Positions 1 to 10,868 of a DNA stretch of 64,000 bases are shown here, in pieces. Each line of letters starts with the position of its first letter. The stretch's first letter is position 1. The notes beneath the pieces were generated by a model. That model saw only the letters and a program-made list of their open reading frames with translations. It had not been told where the DNA came from and ran no database searches. Position numbers and translations under genes: made by a program. The DNA is from an uncultured Rhodobacterales bacterium (GTDB lineage Bacteria; Pseudomonadota; Alphaproteobacteria; Rhodobacterales; Rhodobacteraceae), in contig CAZRUV010000001.1 of the NCBI GenBank assembly GCA_964603315.1, positions 592 to 64,591 on the forward strand, read 5' to 3'.

Positions 1-103
1 CACCGCCATCAAGGGCCCGACCGTCACCGAATACGGCATGCGAGAGGTCGAGGTCGCAGACCCGGACGGAAACGTCCTGTGCCTGGGCGGGGACGCGGGA
101 TGA
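1..103 (+). CDS. VOC/glyoxalase-family protein, 3' end (partial)
   Basis: Frame 2 reads ...GPTVTEYGMREVEVADPDGNVLCLGGDAG*. YGMRE...DPDGN is the VOC C-terminal motif. Its TGA overlaps the next ATG (ATGA). Confidence 0.75.
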   Translation, partial: TAIKGPTVTEYGMREVEVADPDGNVLCLGGDAG

Positions 104-624
104 ACGGCAAAATCATCGGGGGCATCCTCCTGCTCAGTTCCATGCTTGTGGGCGGCACGGTGTATTACCTGCAAGTCTATGGGTTCTATACCGAAATTTC
201 CGACAGCGACGGCGCGGGCGTCAAACTGGTGTCGGTTGTCTCCGACATGCCCGAACCGATCCCCTATACCGACTTTCAGGCGATTGACGCAGACAGCTCT
301 CCCATCCGCTACCGCGCCTGTTTCCGCACCGATCTGAGCCTCGAACGTCTGACCGAAACCTATGTCGGCCTCGATGCGCTCAGCCCCCGCAACGCGCCGG
401 GCTGGTTCGACTGCTTTGACGCCGAAGCCATCGGGGCCGAGATCACATCCGGCACTGCGCGCACCTTTCTGGCGCAGAAGAACATCCATTTCGGCGTCGA
501 CCGCGTCGTCGCCATCACCCAGGACGGGCGCGGCTATGTCTGGCACGAGCTCAACGACTGCGGTGAAAAAGCCTATGACGGCACCATTGTGGGCGAGGAA
601 TGCCCAAGACGGGACAGCGAATAA
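100..624 (+). CDS. Conserved Rhodobacterales membrane-anchored hypothetical protein (DUF6446-like)
   Basis: N-terminal TM helix, IDADSSPIRYRACF and APGWFDCFDA motifs; translationally coupled on both sides. Confidence 0.7.
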   Translation: MNGKIIGGILLLSSMLVGGTVYYLQVYGFYTEISDSDGAGVKLVSVVSDMPEPIPYTDFQAIDADSSPIRYRACFRTDLSLERLTETYVGLDALSPRNAPGWFDCFDAEAIGAEITSGTARTFLAQKNIHFGVDRVVAITQDGRGYVWHELNDCGEKAYDGTIVGEECPRRDSE

Positions 625-2894
625 TGCCTGATCTGCTGATCGAACTCTTTTCCGAGGAAATCCCCGCGCGCATGCAGATGCGGGCGGGCGAAGACCTGAA
701 GAAACTGGTGACAAACGGGCTGGTCGAGGCCGGGCTGACCTATGCCTCCGCCGCCGCGTTCTCCACGCCGCGCCGTCTGTGCCTCACGGTCGAAGGCCTG
801 CTGGACCAAAGCCCCACGACACGGGAAGAGCGCAAGGGCCCGCGCGCCGACGCCCCCGACAAGGCCATCGAAGGGTTTCTGCGCGGAGCGGGTCTCACCC
901 GCGATCAGGTCGAGGAACGCGAGACGGCGAAAGGCGCCGTGCTCTTTGCCGTGATCGAAAAGCCGGGCCGCCCGGCGGGTGACATCATCGCCGAGGTGCT
1001 GGAGGCCACGATCCGCCAGTTCCCCTGGCCCAAATCCATGCGGTGGGGGGCAGGCAGCCTCAAATGGGTGCGTCCGCTGCAATCGATCCTGTGCATCCTG
1101 ACAGACGAGGCGGGGCACAGTGTGGTGCCTCTGGACGTGGACGGCATCCAATCCGGCGACACGACCGAAGGCCACCGGTTCATGGCCCCGGGACGCTTTG
1201 CGGTGACGGGTTTTGATGACTACAGCGCGAAACTCAAGCGCGCCCACGTAGTGCTAGACCCGGCAGAACGGGCCAAGGCGATCTGGCACGACGCCACCAA
1301 CGCCGCCTTTGCCAGCGGTCTTGAGGTCGTCGAGGACAAGGGGCTTCTGGCCGAGGTCGCGGGCCTCGTCGAATGGCCCGTGGTTCTGATGGGCCGCATT
1401 GGTGACGACTTTCTGGAATTGCCGCCCGAGGTGCTGCAAACCTCGATGAAGGAGCACCAGAAGTTCTTCTCCGTCCGCAACCCCAAGACGGGCCGGATCG
1501 AGCGTTTCATCACCGTCGCCAACCGCGAGACGGCCGATGACGGTGCGACGATCCTCGCCGGCAACGAAAAGGTGCTGAGCGCGCGTCTGGCAGATGCCAA
1601 ATTCTTTTGGGAAAACGATCTGCGTGTGGCCAAGTCCGACATGAGCGTCTGGACCGACGCCCTGAAAAACGTGACCTTCCACAACAAGTTGGGAAGCCAG
1701 GCCGACCGCATCGCGCGCGTCGCCGCTCTGGCCCGCGAACTCGCCCCTGTCGTCGGTGCCGACCCCGATCAGGCCGAAGACGCCGCCCGCCTCGCCAAGG
1801 CCGACCTCAGCAGCGAGATGGTCTATGAATTCCCCGAATTGCAGGGCCTCATGGGCCGCTACTACATCGCGGCAGCGGGCAAGGACGACGCGGTGGCTGC
1901 CGCCGCTCAAGAACACTATTCCCCGCTGGGGCCGTCGGATGATGTGCCGACAGCGCCAGTTTCGGTTGCTGTGGCTTTGGCCGACAAAATGTATACACTG
2001 GCAGCCTTCTGGGCGCGTGATGAGAAACCAACGGGGTCTAAGGACCCGTTTGCGTTAAGGCGCGCAGCGCTCGGCGCAATTCGCTTAACTTCCAAGGATT
2101 TGGCTGGACTAAATTTGAGAGCTGTCATTGCACAAATTCTAATTGGGTTTTCCACTAGCGAGACCCTTGCACGTTGGGCCGACCAGCATAATGCGAATGA
2201 AGAAGCTACAAAAAATCTGCTATACGACGCCTACAAAGATGGCTCGTTGGACGAGGCAGAGTGGCAGTTGCGATGGGAGGAGGCAGAATTGGTCGCCTCG
2301 TATTTCGACGAAGAAAAGCAACGGGTTCCTGCAAACCAAGATATCTTGGACAAGTATTCTGCAATTGCAGATGACTTGTTAAGCTTCTTCCACGACCGCC
2401 TAAAAGTCTACCTCCGCGATCAAGGCATCCGCCACGACATCATTGACGCCTGCATCGCGATGCCCCAAAACGACGACCTCACCCTCCTCGTCAAACGCGC
2501 CACGGCGCTCAACGACACCCTCAAAACCGACGACGGCGAAAACCTCATCCAGGGGTTCAAACGCGCCAACAACATCCTTACTCAGGCCGAGGAGACGGAC
2601 GGCGTCGAATACTCCTATGGCGCCGACGAAAAATTCGCCGAAACGGACGAAGAGCGCACGCTCTTCGCCGCCCTCGACCAGGCAGAGGCCAAAATCGCCC
2701 CGGCAATGGAAGCACAGGACTTCGCCACCGCCATGCACGCCATGGCAAATCTCCGCACCCCTATCGACGCCTTCTTCGAAGCCGTCCAGATCAACGCGGA
2801 CAACCAGACCATCCGGCGCAACCGCCTCAACCTGCTCAGCCGCATCCGCACCCTTTGCCTCTCCGTCGCCGATCTCACCAAACTCGAAGGCTGA
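624..2894 (+). CDS. glyS: Glycine--tRNA ligase beta subunit, with a low-GC in-frame segment
   Basis: MPDLLIELFSEEIPARMQ, WPKSMRWG, EFPELQGLMG, PTGSKDPFALRRAA, RRNRLNLL. ATG overlaps the upstream TAA. Confidence 0.97.
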   Translation: MPDLLIELFSEEIPARMQMRAGEDLKKLVTNGLVEAGLTYASAAAFSTPRRLCLTVEGLLDQSPTTREERKGPRADAPDKAIEGFLRGAGLTRDQVEERETAKGAVLFAVIEKPGRPAGDIIAEVLEATIRQFPWPKSMRWGAGSLKWVRPLQSILCILTDEAGHSVVPLDVDGIQSGDTTEGHRFMAPGRFAVTGFDDYSAKLKRAHVVLDPAERAKAIWHDATNAAFASGLEVVEDKGLLAEVAGLVEWPVVLMGRIGDDFLELPPEVLQTSMKEHQKFFSVRNPKTGRIERFITVANRETADDGATILAGNEKVLSARLADAKFFWENDLRVAKSDMSVWTDALKNVTFHNKLGSQADRIARVAALARELAPVVGADPDQAEDAARLAKADLSSEMVYEFPELQGLMGRYYIAAAGKDDAVAAAAQEHYSPLGPSDDVPTAPVSVAVALADKMYTLAAFWARDEKPTGSKDPFALRRAALGAIRLTSKDLAGLNLRAVIAQILIGFSTSETLARWADQHNANEEATKNLLYDAYKDGSLDEAEWQLRWEEAELVASYFDEEKQRVPANQDILDKYSAIADDLLSFFHDRLKVYLRDQGIRHDIIDACIAMPQNDDLTLLVKRATALNDTLKTDDGENLIQGFKRANNILTQAEETDGVEYSYGADEKFAETDEERTLFAALDQAEAKIAPAMEAQDFATAMHAMANLRTPIDAFFEAVQINADNQTIRRNRLNLLSRIRTLCLSVADLTKLEG

Positions 2895-2900
2895 TCCGTC

Positions 2901-2960
2901 CTTCATCTTGCCAAATAAACTCCGGGGGGAGGCGCGGAGCGCCGGGGGGCAGCGCCCCCA
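2901..2960 (+). repeat. Dispersed repeat, copy 1 (CTTCATCTTG head, A-tract, G-tracts, terminal GGGGGCAGCGCCCCC hairpin)
   Basis: CTTCATCTTGCCAAATAAACTCCGGGGGG...GGGGGGCAGCGCCCCC. Both ends are nearly identical to 40866-40911(-) and it resembles 12894-12938(-) and 13050-13101(+). Confidence 0.85.
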
Positions 2961-2973
2961 AAAAACCGCCTGA

Positions 2974-3016
2974 CCTGTGCACAGCCTGTGCACAGGTTGT
3001 GTACAGCTTGTGACAG
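2974..3016. repeat. Tandem 11-bp-period palindromic units (TGTGCACA-like) x4
   Basis: CCTGTGCACAG CCTGTGCACAG GTTGTGTACAG CTTGTG-ACAG. Confidence 0.75.
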
Positions 3017-3094
3017 GCAAAACAGCACTGACGTAACCCCTTGTAAGGTCAAGCCGACTGTCTATGCTGCGCTCCGAACAGGAGACGTGCCGCA

Positions 3095-5632
3095 GTGCAG
3101 AATAACCCGCATACGACACTGGTGACCCCAAGCGCGCCGATCGCCGCCGAAACCCATGGCGGGCGCGCTAAGTGCTTGCAAAGACTGGCGCGTCTCGACC
3201 TGCCGGTGCCCACGACCGTGGCCCTTTCCTTCGACGCCGTGCTGGACATCGCCAAGGGGCATTTCCCGGATATCGACGCCATTCTCAGCCAGTTTCCGTC
3301 CGACGCGCTGCTTTGCGTCCGCCCCTCGTCCGAAGACCCCGATTGGGGCGGCCCGTCTGCCGTCCTCAACATCGGCATGAACGACCAACGCTATGAAACG
3401 CTCTGCGGCACGCTGGGCGTGGAGGCGGCAACGGCCCTTTTCTGCCGCTTTGTCCAAAGCTACGCGATCCATGTGGATCGCCTCGATCCGGATATGTTCG
3501 ACGGCATCGAAGGCGAGGGGGCCGAAGCCCTGCGGCGCGCGCTCGAGGCCTACGAGATCGAAACGGAAACCGCCTTTCCCGCCACCCGGGCGGCGCAACT
3601 CACAGGTGTGCTCAAATCCATGGCCCGCGCGTGGGAAGGCACCTCTGCCCGCCTGCTGCGGCAGGCCAAGGGCGCGCCTGCGGATGCGGGCCTCGGCCTC
3701 GTCATTCAGCAGATGGCCTTTGGCATGGGGCAGGGCGAAAGCGGGTCGGGCGTGCTGCAACTTGTGTCCTCGAAAACCGGCAAGCCTCAGATAACAGGGC
3801 GCTATCTGCGTCAAAGCCAGGGCCGTGATGCGCTGATGGGCGATGCACGCAGCCTCTATATCACCCGCGATCCGCGTGGTCCATCGCTCGAAGAACATGT
3901 GCCCGAAGCCTTTGCCCAACTGGTCAGCCATGCGCGCGAGATGCGCGACAAGCTGCGCGAGGAAATGCAGGTCGAATTCACCATCGAAAACGGTCAATTG
4001 CACATTCTGGACGGCGTACGCGTGTCCCGGTCGTCGCGCGCGGCGGTCCGGATCGCGGTGGAGCTTGCGCGCGACGGGATCATCCCGCCGCAAGAGGCGC
4101 TGATGCGGGTCGAGCCGCGCACGCTCAATGAATTGTTGCACCGTCAGGTCGACCGGCACGCCAAGCGAGATGTGATCGGCACCGGCATCGCCGCCAGCCC
4201 GGGCGCTGCGACGGGCCGTGTCGTGTTTTCCGCCACCGAGGCGCAGGCCAGCGCCGCCCGGCGCGAGGATTGCATCCTCGTGCGCCGGGAAACCGCGCCC
4301 GAAGATATCCGGGGCATGCACGCTGCCAGTGCGGTGATCACCGAACGTGGCGGTGTGACAAGCCATGCGGCCGTGATCGGCCGGGGCATTGGCCTGCCTT
4401 GCGTCGTCGGGGTCGGTGACATGCGGTTTGAACCCTCCAAGGGCAAGCTGATCGCCGAGGACGGGCGCGAGATCTGTGCGGGCGACGTGATCACCGTGGA
4501 TGGCACCAACGGCACGATCCTGCACGGCGCACCGGCCATGCTCGAAGCGGCGCTGGATGACGCATTCACCGCGCTGATGGAATGGGCGGATGCGGAGCGT
4601 GACATCGACATCCGCGCCAATGCCGACACGCCCGCCGACGCGCAGACAGCCCGCAATTTCGAGGCGCAGGGCATCGGCCTCTGCCGGACGGAACACATGT
4701 TTTTCGAGCCCGGTCGCCTGACCGTCATGCGCGAAATGATCTTTGCCGAGACAAGCGATGACAGGCGCGCGGTTCTCGAACGCCTGCTGCCGATGCAGCG
4801 CGATGATTTCACACAGCTCTTTCGCATCATGCAGGGCAAGCCCGTGTGCATCCGCCTGTTTGACCCGCCTCTGCACGAGTTTTTGCCAAGCGACCGCAAC
4901 GGCCAGCGCGAACTTGCAGACGCGCTTGATCTGCCGCTTTCGGATGTGACCCGGCGGGTCGAAGAGATGGCCGAGTACAACCCCATGCTGGGGATGCGTG
5001 GCGTGCGCATGGGGATCACGGTGCCCGAGATTTACGACATGCAGGCCCGTGCCATTTTCGAGGCCACGATCGAGGCCAGCCGTGAGGGCGACCCGGTTGT
5101 GCCGGAAATCATGATCCCTCTGGTCAGCGCCAAACGCGAAGTGGAACTGGTGCGGGCGCGCATCGACGGCGTGGCGGCTGCCGTGACGGCCGAAAAGGGC
5201 GCGCGCTTTGACTACCGCCTTGGGGTGATGGTCGAAACACCGCGCGCGGCGCTGCGGGCAGGCGAGATTGCGCAGTATTGCAGTTTCCTGAGTTTCGGGA
5301 CCAATGACCTGACACAGATGACCTACGGGCTGAGCCGTGATGACGCCGGTCGGTTCATGTCGGATTACGTACGTCAGGAGGTCTTTGCCGAGGATCCGTT
5401 CCATTCGCTCGATGTGGAGGGCGTGGGCGAACTGCTGCAGCTTGGCTCAGAACGGGGCCGCGCGGCGCGGCCCGATCTGACGCTGTCCATCTGTGGCGAA
5501 CATGGCGGCAACCCCGAATCAATCGCCTTCTGTCGACAGGCCGGTTTCGACTATGTGTCCTGTTCTCCGTTCCGGGTGCCCGTGGCGCGGCTAGCGGCCG
5601 CACAACTGGCCATATCCCACAAGATCGGGTAG
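3095..5632 (+). CDS. ppdK: Pyruvate phosphate dikinase-like PEP-utilising protein with divergent N-terminal domain
   Basis: GGVTSHAAV phospho-His motif, GIGLCRTEHMF, FLSFGTNDLTQ, ICGEHGG. GTG start after AGGAGA. Confidence 0.85.
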   Translation: MQNNPHTTLVTPSAPIAAETHGGRAKCLQRLARLDLPVPTTVALSFDAVLDIAKGHFPDIDAILSQFPSDALLCVRPSSEDPDWGGPSAVLNIGMNDQRYETLCGTLGVEAATALFCRFVQSYAIHVDRLDPDMFDGIEGEGAEALRRALEAYEIETETAFPATRAAQLTGVLKSMARAWEGTSARLLRQAKGAPADAGLGLVIQQMAFGMGQGESGSGVLQLVSSKTGKPQITGRYLRQSQGRDALMGDARSLYITRDPRGPSLEEHVPEAFAQLVSHAREMRDKLREEMQVEFTIENGQLHILDGVRVSRSSRAAVRIAVELARDGIIPPQEALMRVEPRTLNELLHRQVDRHAKRDVIGTGIAASPGAATGRVVFSATEAQASAARREDCILVRRETAPEDIRGMHAASAVITERGGVTSHAAVIGRGIGLPCVVGVGDMRFEPSKGKLIAEDGREICAGDVITVDGTNGTILHGAPAMLEAALDDAFTALMEWADAERDIDIRANADTPADAQTARNFEAQGIGLCRTEHMFFEPGRLTVMREMIFAETSDDRRAVLERLLPMQRDDFTQLFRIMQGKPVCIRLFDPPLHEFLPSDRNGQRELADALDLPLSDVTRRVEEMAEYNPMLGMRGVRMGITVPEIYDMQARAIFEATIEASREGDPVVPEIMIPLVSAKREVELVRARIDGVAAAVTAEKGARFDYRLGVMVETPRAALRAGEIAQYCSFLSFGTNDLTQMTYGLSRDDAGRFMSDYVRQEVFAEDPFHSLDVEGVGELLQLGSERGRAARPDLTLSICGEHGGNPESIAFCRQAGFDYVSCSPFRVPVARLAAAQLAISHKIG

Positions 5633-5784
5633 CAGGCTCCGAGCACGCCACTGAATGTACCGCGCGGCACAATGATCTCCCTTGCGCGCAGACCGGCTAT
5701 GCACGCCCGTTGCAGCCCGAAAACTGGACGAACGTAAATATTTTCTTTAAATGCGCCGAGTTTGTACTTGACTGGGGGGTTGTC

Positions 5785-6435
5785 ATGCGTGGGACATTTT
5801 TGCGGCTTGGTTTGGCCGCAGCCTGCATTGCTGCGTCTGTAACGGCTGCGATTTCCGATACATCGCAATCTGCCGGAAACACTTTGCGTGCAGCGGAAGA
5901 GCGTGGGCTGCGCGCAGTGCCGTCCGACCGATTGCAGGCGATGCTGACCGAGCCCAAGGTCGCCGCGGACAGCCCGGTGAAGATGTCGCGCAGCTGGGTT
6001 GATGCACAGCCCGCCGCCTCCGGCAACGCGCATTGGCGGTGCCTGAGCGAGGCGCTCTATTTCGAGGCCCGTGGCGAAACGGTCAAAGGACAGTTTGCTG
6101 TTGCCGAAGTGATCATGAACCGTGTGAAAAGCGCGCGGTTTCCCGACAATGTCTGCGGCGTGATCAACCAGGGAACGGGGCGCAAGTATCAGTGCCAGTT
6201 CACATATACCTGCGACGGCAATCCTGAGCGGATCAGCGAGCCGCAAGCCTGGGATCGTGTGTCGAAGATCGCGCGCGCCGTTCTGGACGGGCGTGCGCCT
6301 GAACTGACGCAGGGCGCCACGCACTACCACACGACCGCTGTGCGGCCCCGCTGGAGCCGGGTCTATACCCACACGGCCTCGATCGGGGTGCACCGGTTTT
6401 ACCGCCACACCTCCCGCACGGCATCCAACAACTAG
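5785..6435 (+). CDS. Cell wall hydrolase (SleB/Hydrolase_2 family)
   Basis: Signal peptide; CLSEALYFEARGE, VIMNRV, CQFTYTCDG, GATHYH, IGVHRFY. Confidence 0.92.
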   Translation: MRGTFLRLGLAAACIAASVTAAISDTSQSAGNTLRAAEERGLRAVPSDRLQAMLTEPKVAADSPVKMSRSWVDAQPAASGNAHWRCLSEALYFEARGETVKGQFAVAEVIMNRVKSARFPDNVCGVINQGTGRKYQCQFTYTCDGNPERISEPQAWDRVSKIARAVLDGRAPELTQGATHYHTTAVRPRWSRVYTHTASIGVHRFYRHTSRTASNN

Positions 6436-6536
6436 GCGATATGCCGCAATCACGCGTCACAGGGCCGCCTTTGGCCCTGTTGCCTGCGGGGTCAGAGCGC
6501 TAGAAGGGCGCTGTCACGACAACCAGGACGCCGTCA

Positions 6537-7462
6537 ATGCCCTCTGAAATCCACCTTGCCTTTGCCCACCCGTCCGAGCGGGCGGCCGCCACGGCGGATG
6601 CCACGCCGCTGGATCGCATTTCGGTGCGCGATCATATTGTCGAGGTCGAAATCGGTGCCTTTCAGGCCGAGCGGGGGGTCACGCAGCGCATCTGTTTCAA
6701 CATCGTGGTCGAGGTGCGCCCGCAGGGGCAGGCGCTGGACGATGATGTGGACCGCATCCTGAGCTATGACAAGGTAACCGAGGCGATCACGTTCGAGCTT
6801 GCGGCAGAACGGCTCAACCTTCTGGAAACGTTGGCGGAACGGGTCGCGGACCGTATCCTGATCGAACCACAGGCGATGCGTGTCTTTGTCCGCATCGAAA
6901 AGCTGGACCGCGGCCCCGGTGCCCTTGGTGTCGAGATCGTGCGCGCCCGCATCGCGGCAGGGCCGTTGCCGGACGATGTGGATCAGGATACGCCTCATCC
7001 CGAATTGGTGTATCTGTCAAACGACGCCATCGCGTCAGATCACCTCGGGGGGTGGATTGATCAACTGCAAGCGATGGGCCGTCCGCTCATCTTTTGCGTC
7101 GGACCTGCGGATAGGGATGCGCCAGAGGCCAGCCACCCGCTGGCACAACGGCGCATAGATCTCCTGGCCATCGAACAAAACGCATGGGTGCTCGCGGCGC
7201 GCGATGCGCGCTGCAAGGTCGTCGACACGCGGACCGAGCTGGATTGGGCCATGCGCAATGGGCAAATCTGCGTCTGGGCACCGTCGAAGGTCGTGCTTGA
7301 CGCGGTCGACGGGCCGTCTGCAAAGGGGGCAGACGCGGTGGCGCTCGCCTCGTGGTTTGCAGCCACCTTTGACGCGCGCGAGATGCTGGTGATCGGCGAT
7401 GACGGACCTGTCGCGGCACCGGTGGCGCTGCGCCACATGCCGGTCAGCCAAGCCGCGATCTG

Positions 7463-7463
<1 letters not shown>
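6537..7463 (+). CDS. folB: Dihydroneopterin aldolase with extra C-terminal domain
   Basis: EIGAFQAERG..QRICFN, SYD, LNLLETLAERVA, VRIEK..GVEIVR; directly upstream of folP. Confidence 0.85.
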
Positions 7464-8442
<979 letters not shown>

Positions 8443-8446
<4 letters not shown>

Positions 8447-9789
8447 CAAAGCTCTTTGGCACCGACGGGGTGCGTGGCACGGCCAACATCGCCCCGATGA
8501 CTGTGGAAATGGCGCTTCGGATTGGCGCAGCTGTGGGACGGTATTTCCGCAGGGACGCGCAAGGCGTCCACCGCGTTGTGATCGGCAAGGACACGCGCCT
8601 GTCCGGCTACATGTTTGAAAACGCCCTGACGGCCGGACTGACCAGCACGGGCATGAACGTGCTGCTGCTTGGCCCCGTGCCGACGCCCGCAGTCGGTTTG
8701 CTGACGCGGTCGATGCGCGCTGATCTTGGCGTGATGATCTCGGCCAGTCACAACCCCGCAGAAGACAACGGGATCAAGTTTTTCGGCCCGGACGGGTTCA
8801 AGCTGAGCGATGCGGCAGAGGCCGAGATCGAGCGGCTGGTGGCGGACGGGGTCGACCCCGTCCCGTCCGGCGAGATCGGGCGGGCCAAGCGCATCGATGA
8901 CGGACGCTTTCGCTATATCGAGCGGGTGAAGTCGTCGTTTCCGCGCGCCATGCGTCTGGATGGGCTCAAGGTTGTGGTCGACTGCGCCAACGGCGCTGCG
9001 TACAAGGTCGCGCCCGAAGCTCTTTGGGAACTCGGCGCCACCGTGATCCCCATCGGCGTTGCCCCCAACGGATACAACATCAACGAAGGCTGCGGGTCGA
9101 CGCATCCGCAAACGGCCGCCGAGGCGGTTGTCGCGCACGGTGCGGATGTGGGCATCTGCCTTGATGGCGACGCGGACCGCGTGATCCTGCTGGACGAAAC
9201 CGGCGCCGTTGCCAATGGCGATCAGTTCATGGGCCTCATGGCGGCGCGTTGGGCCGAAGAGGGTGCGCTGAAAGGCAACGCACTTGTGGCAACGGTCATG
9301 TCCAACCTCGGCCTTGAGCGGTTTCTGGAAGGGCGTGGCCTGCGGCTGGAACGCACCGCTGTGGGCGACCGCTATGTTGTGGAACGCATGCGCACGGGTG
9401 GGTTCAACCTTGGCGGCGAGCAATCCGGGCACATCGTGATGACGGATTATGCCACGACAGGCGACGGGCTGCTGGCCAGCCTGCAGTTCCTCGCCGAACT
9501 GGTACGCACCGGCAAACGCGCCAGCGAAGTCTTGCATGTGTTTGAGCCGGTGCCGCAGCTATTGAAAAACGTCCGCTTTTCGGCGGGGCAGACCCCGCTG
9601 GAGATGGAGGCTGTCAAATCCGCCATTTCAGATGCCGAAGGGCAGTTGACTGGCAATGGCCGCCTGCTCATCCGCAAATCCGGGACAGAACCGCTGATCC
9701 GCGTCATGGCCGAGAGCGAAGATGCGGCGGTGCTCGAGGCCAGCGTCGACCGCGTCGTGCAGGCCGTTCAGGACGCGGTGTCCGCCTGA
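8443..9789 (+). CDS. glmM: Phosphoglucosamine mutase
   Basis: [36 protein letters not shown]. Confidence 0.97.
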
Positions 9790-10703
9790 CGGGAAAACAG
9801 CCGCCGGAACGCGCCGTACTGGCTGAGGCCGACGCCTGCCAGAATCAGGACGAGCGCCCAGAGCAGGCTGCCGGGCAGGGGCTCCGAGAGGATCCACGCG
9901 CCCAGCACGACCGACCAGATCGGCACCTGATAGTTGGTCAGTGACATGAATACCGGCCCCGCGCTGCGGATCACAAGCACGCGCAGAAAGTTTGCAGCCG
10001 CCGTGGGGATCAGCCCAAGAAAGGCGATGATGACGAGTGTGCGCGTGTCCGGCAGCGGCGGCGGTCCCTCGACGATCCAGGCGGCGGGCAGCACGATGAG
10101 CGCCGCGATGATCAACAGGATGGTCGCGAGGCCAATCGGGTCGATTGCCGGCAGCCGCCGCATCAGGATGGACGAGACCCCGTAGCACGCGGCCGCCCCG
10201 ATGCAGGCGGCGCGGCCATAGGGCTCCATCGTGCTGCCCGTCGTCTCGAAGGCTTGCCCGCCCAGCAGGACGCAGACACCGGCAAAGCCAATGAGAAAGC
10301 CGAGCCCCTTGCGCCACGTGATCTGCTCACCCGGCACGAGGAAATGCGCAAGCGGAAGCACGATCAGGGCCACGGACGCCATGGACACACCCGCAAAGCC
10401 CGAGGTGACGAATTGCTGACCCCAGGCCAGCAGCATGAACGGCACCGCCGAGCTGAGCGCACCGATGGTGGTCAGCGCCATCAACGTGCCGCGTGTGGGC
10501 CTGCGCGAGAACAGGCGAAAGCCCAGGGCGCCCCAGATGACGATCATCAGAATAGCGGCAAAACCGATCCGACCCGTCGCCAGCCAGAAGGGCGTGAGCC
10601 CCTCCAGAGCCAATTCCGTGACAAGGAAGGTGCCACCCCATGTCAGCCCGAGCGTGGCGACCATGAGCCAGCTCCAGGAGGTGATGTGCGGACCGGTTGT
10701 CAT
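9768..10703 (-). CDS. DMT/EamA family transporter
   Basis: About 10 TM helices in two EamA repeats ([18 protein letters not shown]). Confidence 0.9.
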   Translation of the reverse strand: MTTGPHITSWSWLMVATLGLTWGGTFLVTELALEGLTPFWLATGRIGFAAILMIVIWGALGFRLFSRRPTRGTLMALTTIGALSSAVPFMLLAWGQQFVTSGFAGVSMASVALIVLPLAHFLVPGEQITWRKGLGFLIGFAGVCVLLGGQAFETTGSTMEPYGRAACIGAAACYGVSSILMRRLPAIDPIGLATILLIIAALIVLPAAWIVEGPPPLPDTRTLVIIAFLGLIPTAAANFLRVLVIRSAGPVFMSLTNYQVPIWSVVLGAWILSEPLPGSLLWALVLILAGVGLSQYGAFRRLFSRQADTAS

Positions 10704-10868
10704 GGCCGGACACTCGCGGATCGACCCGGGGATGTCCATGGCACGCGCCCGCTGATCTGACGGCGATCAGGGAAAAATCAACAGGTTACTGACACTCGCT
10801 CGGATCACCCGAGGACATGCGACCGGCTTGCGCAACGCACCTTGAACGCAGGAAACGTCGTTCGGCGC

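Noticed and set aside
2085-2375. Intein or self-splicing intron as the explanation for the glyS/valS inserts
   Set aside because: No Cys/Ser...His-Asn splice junctions, too short, no stops and no LAGLIDADG motif.
2974-3016. CRISPR array or DnaA-box cluster (oriC)
   Set aside because: No spacers or cas genes. The units have two or more mismatches to TT(A/T)TNCACA and there is no origin context.
3062-5404. 780-aa minus-strand ORF and many other long antisense or alternate-frame ORFs
   Set aside because: They are shadows of genuine high-GC genes and carry no recognisable motifs.
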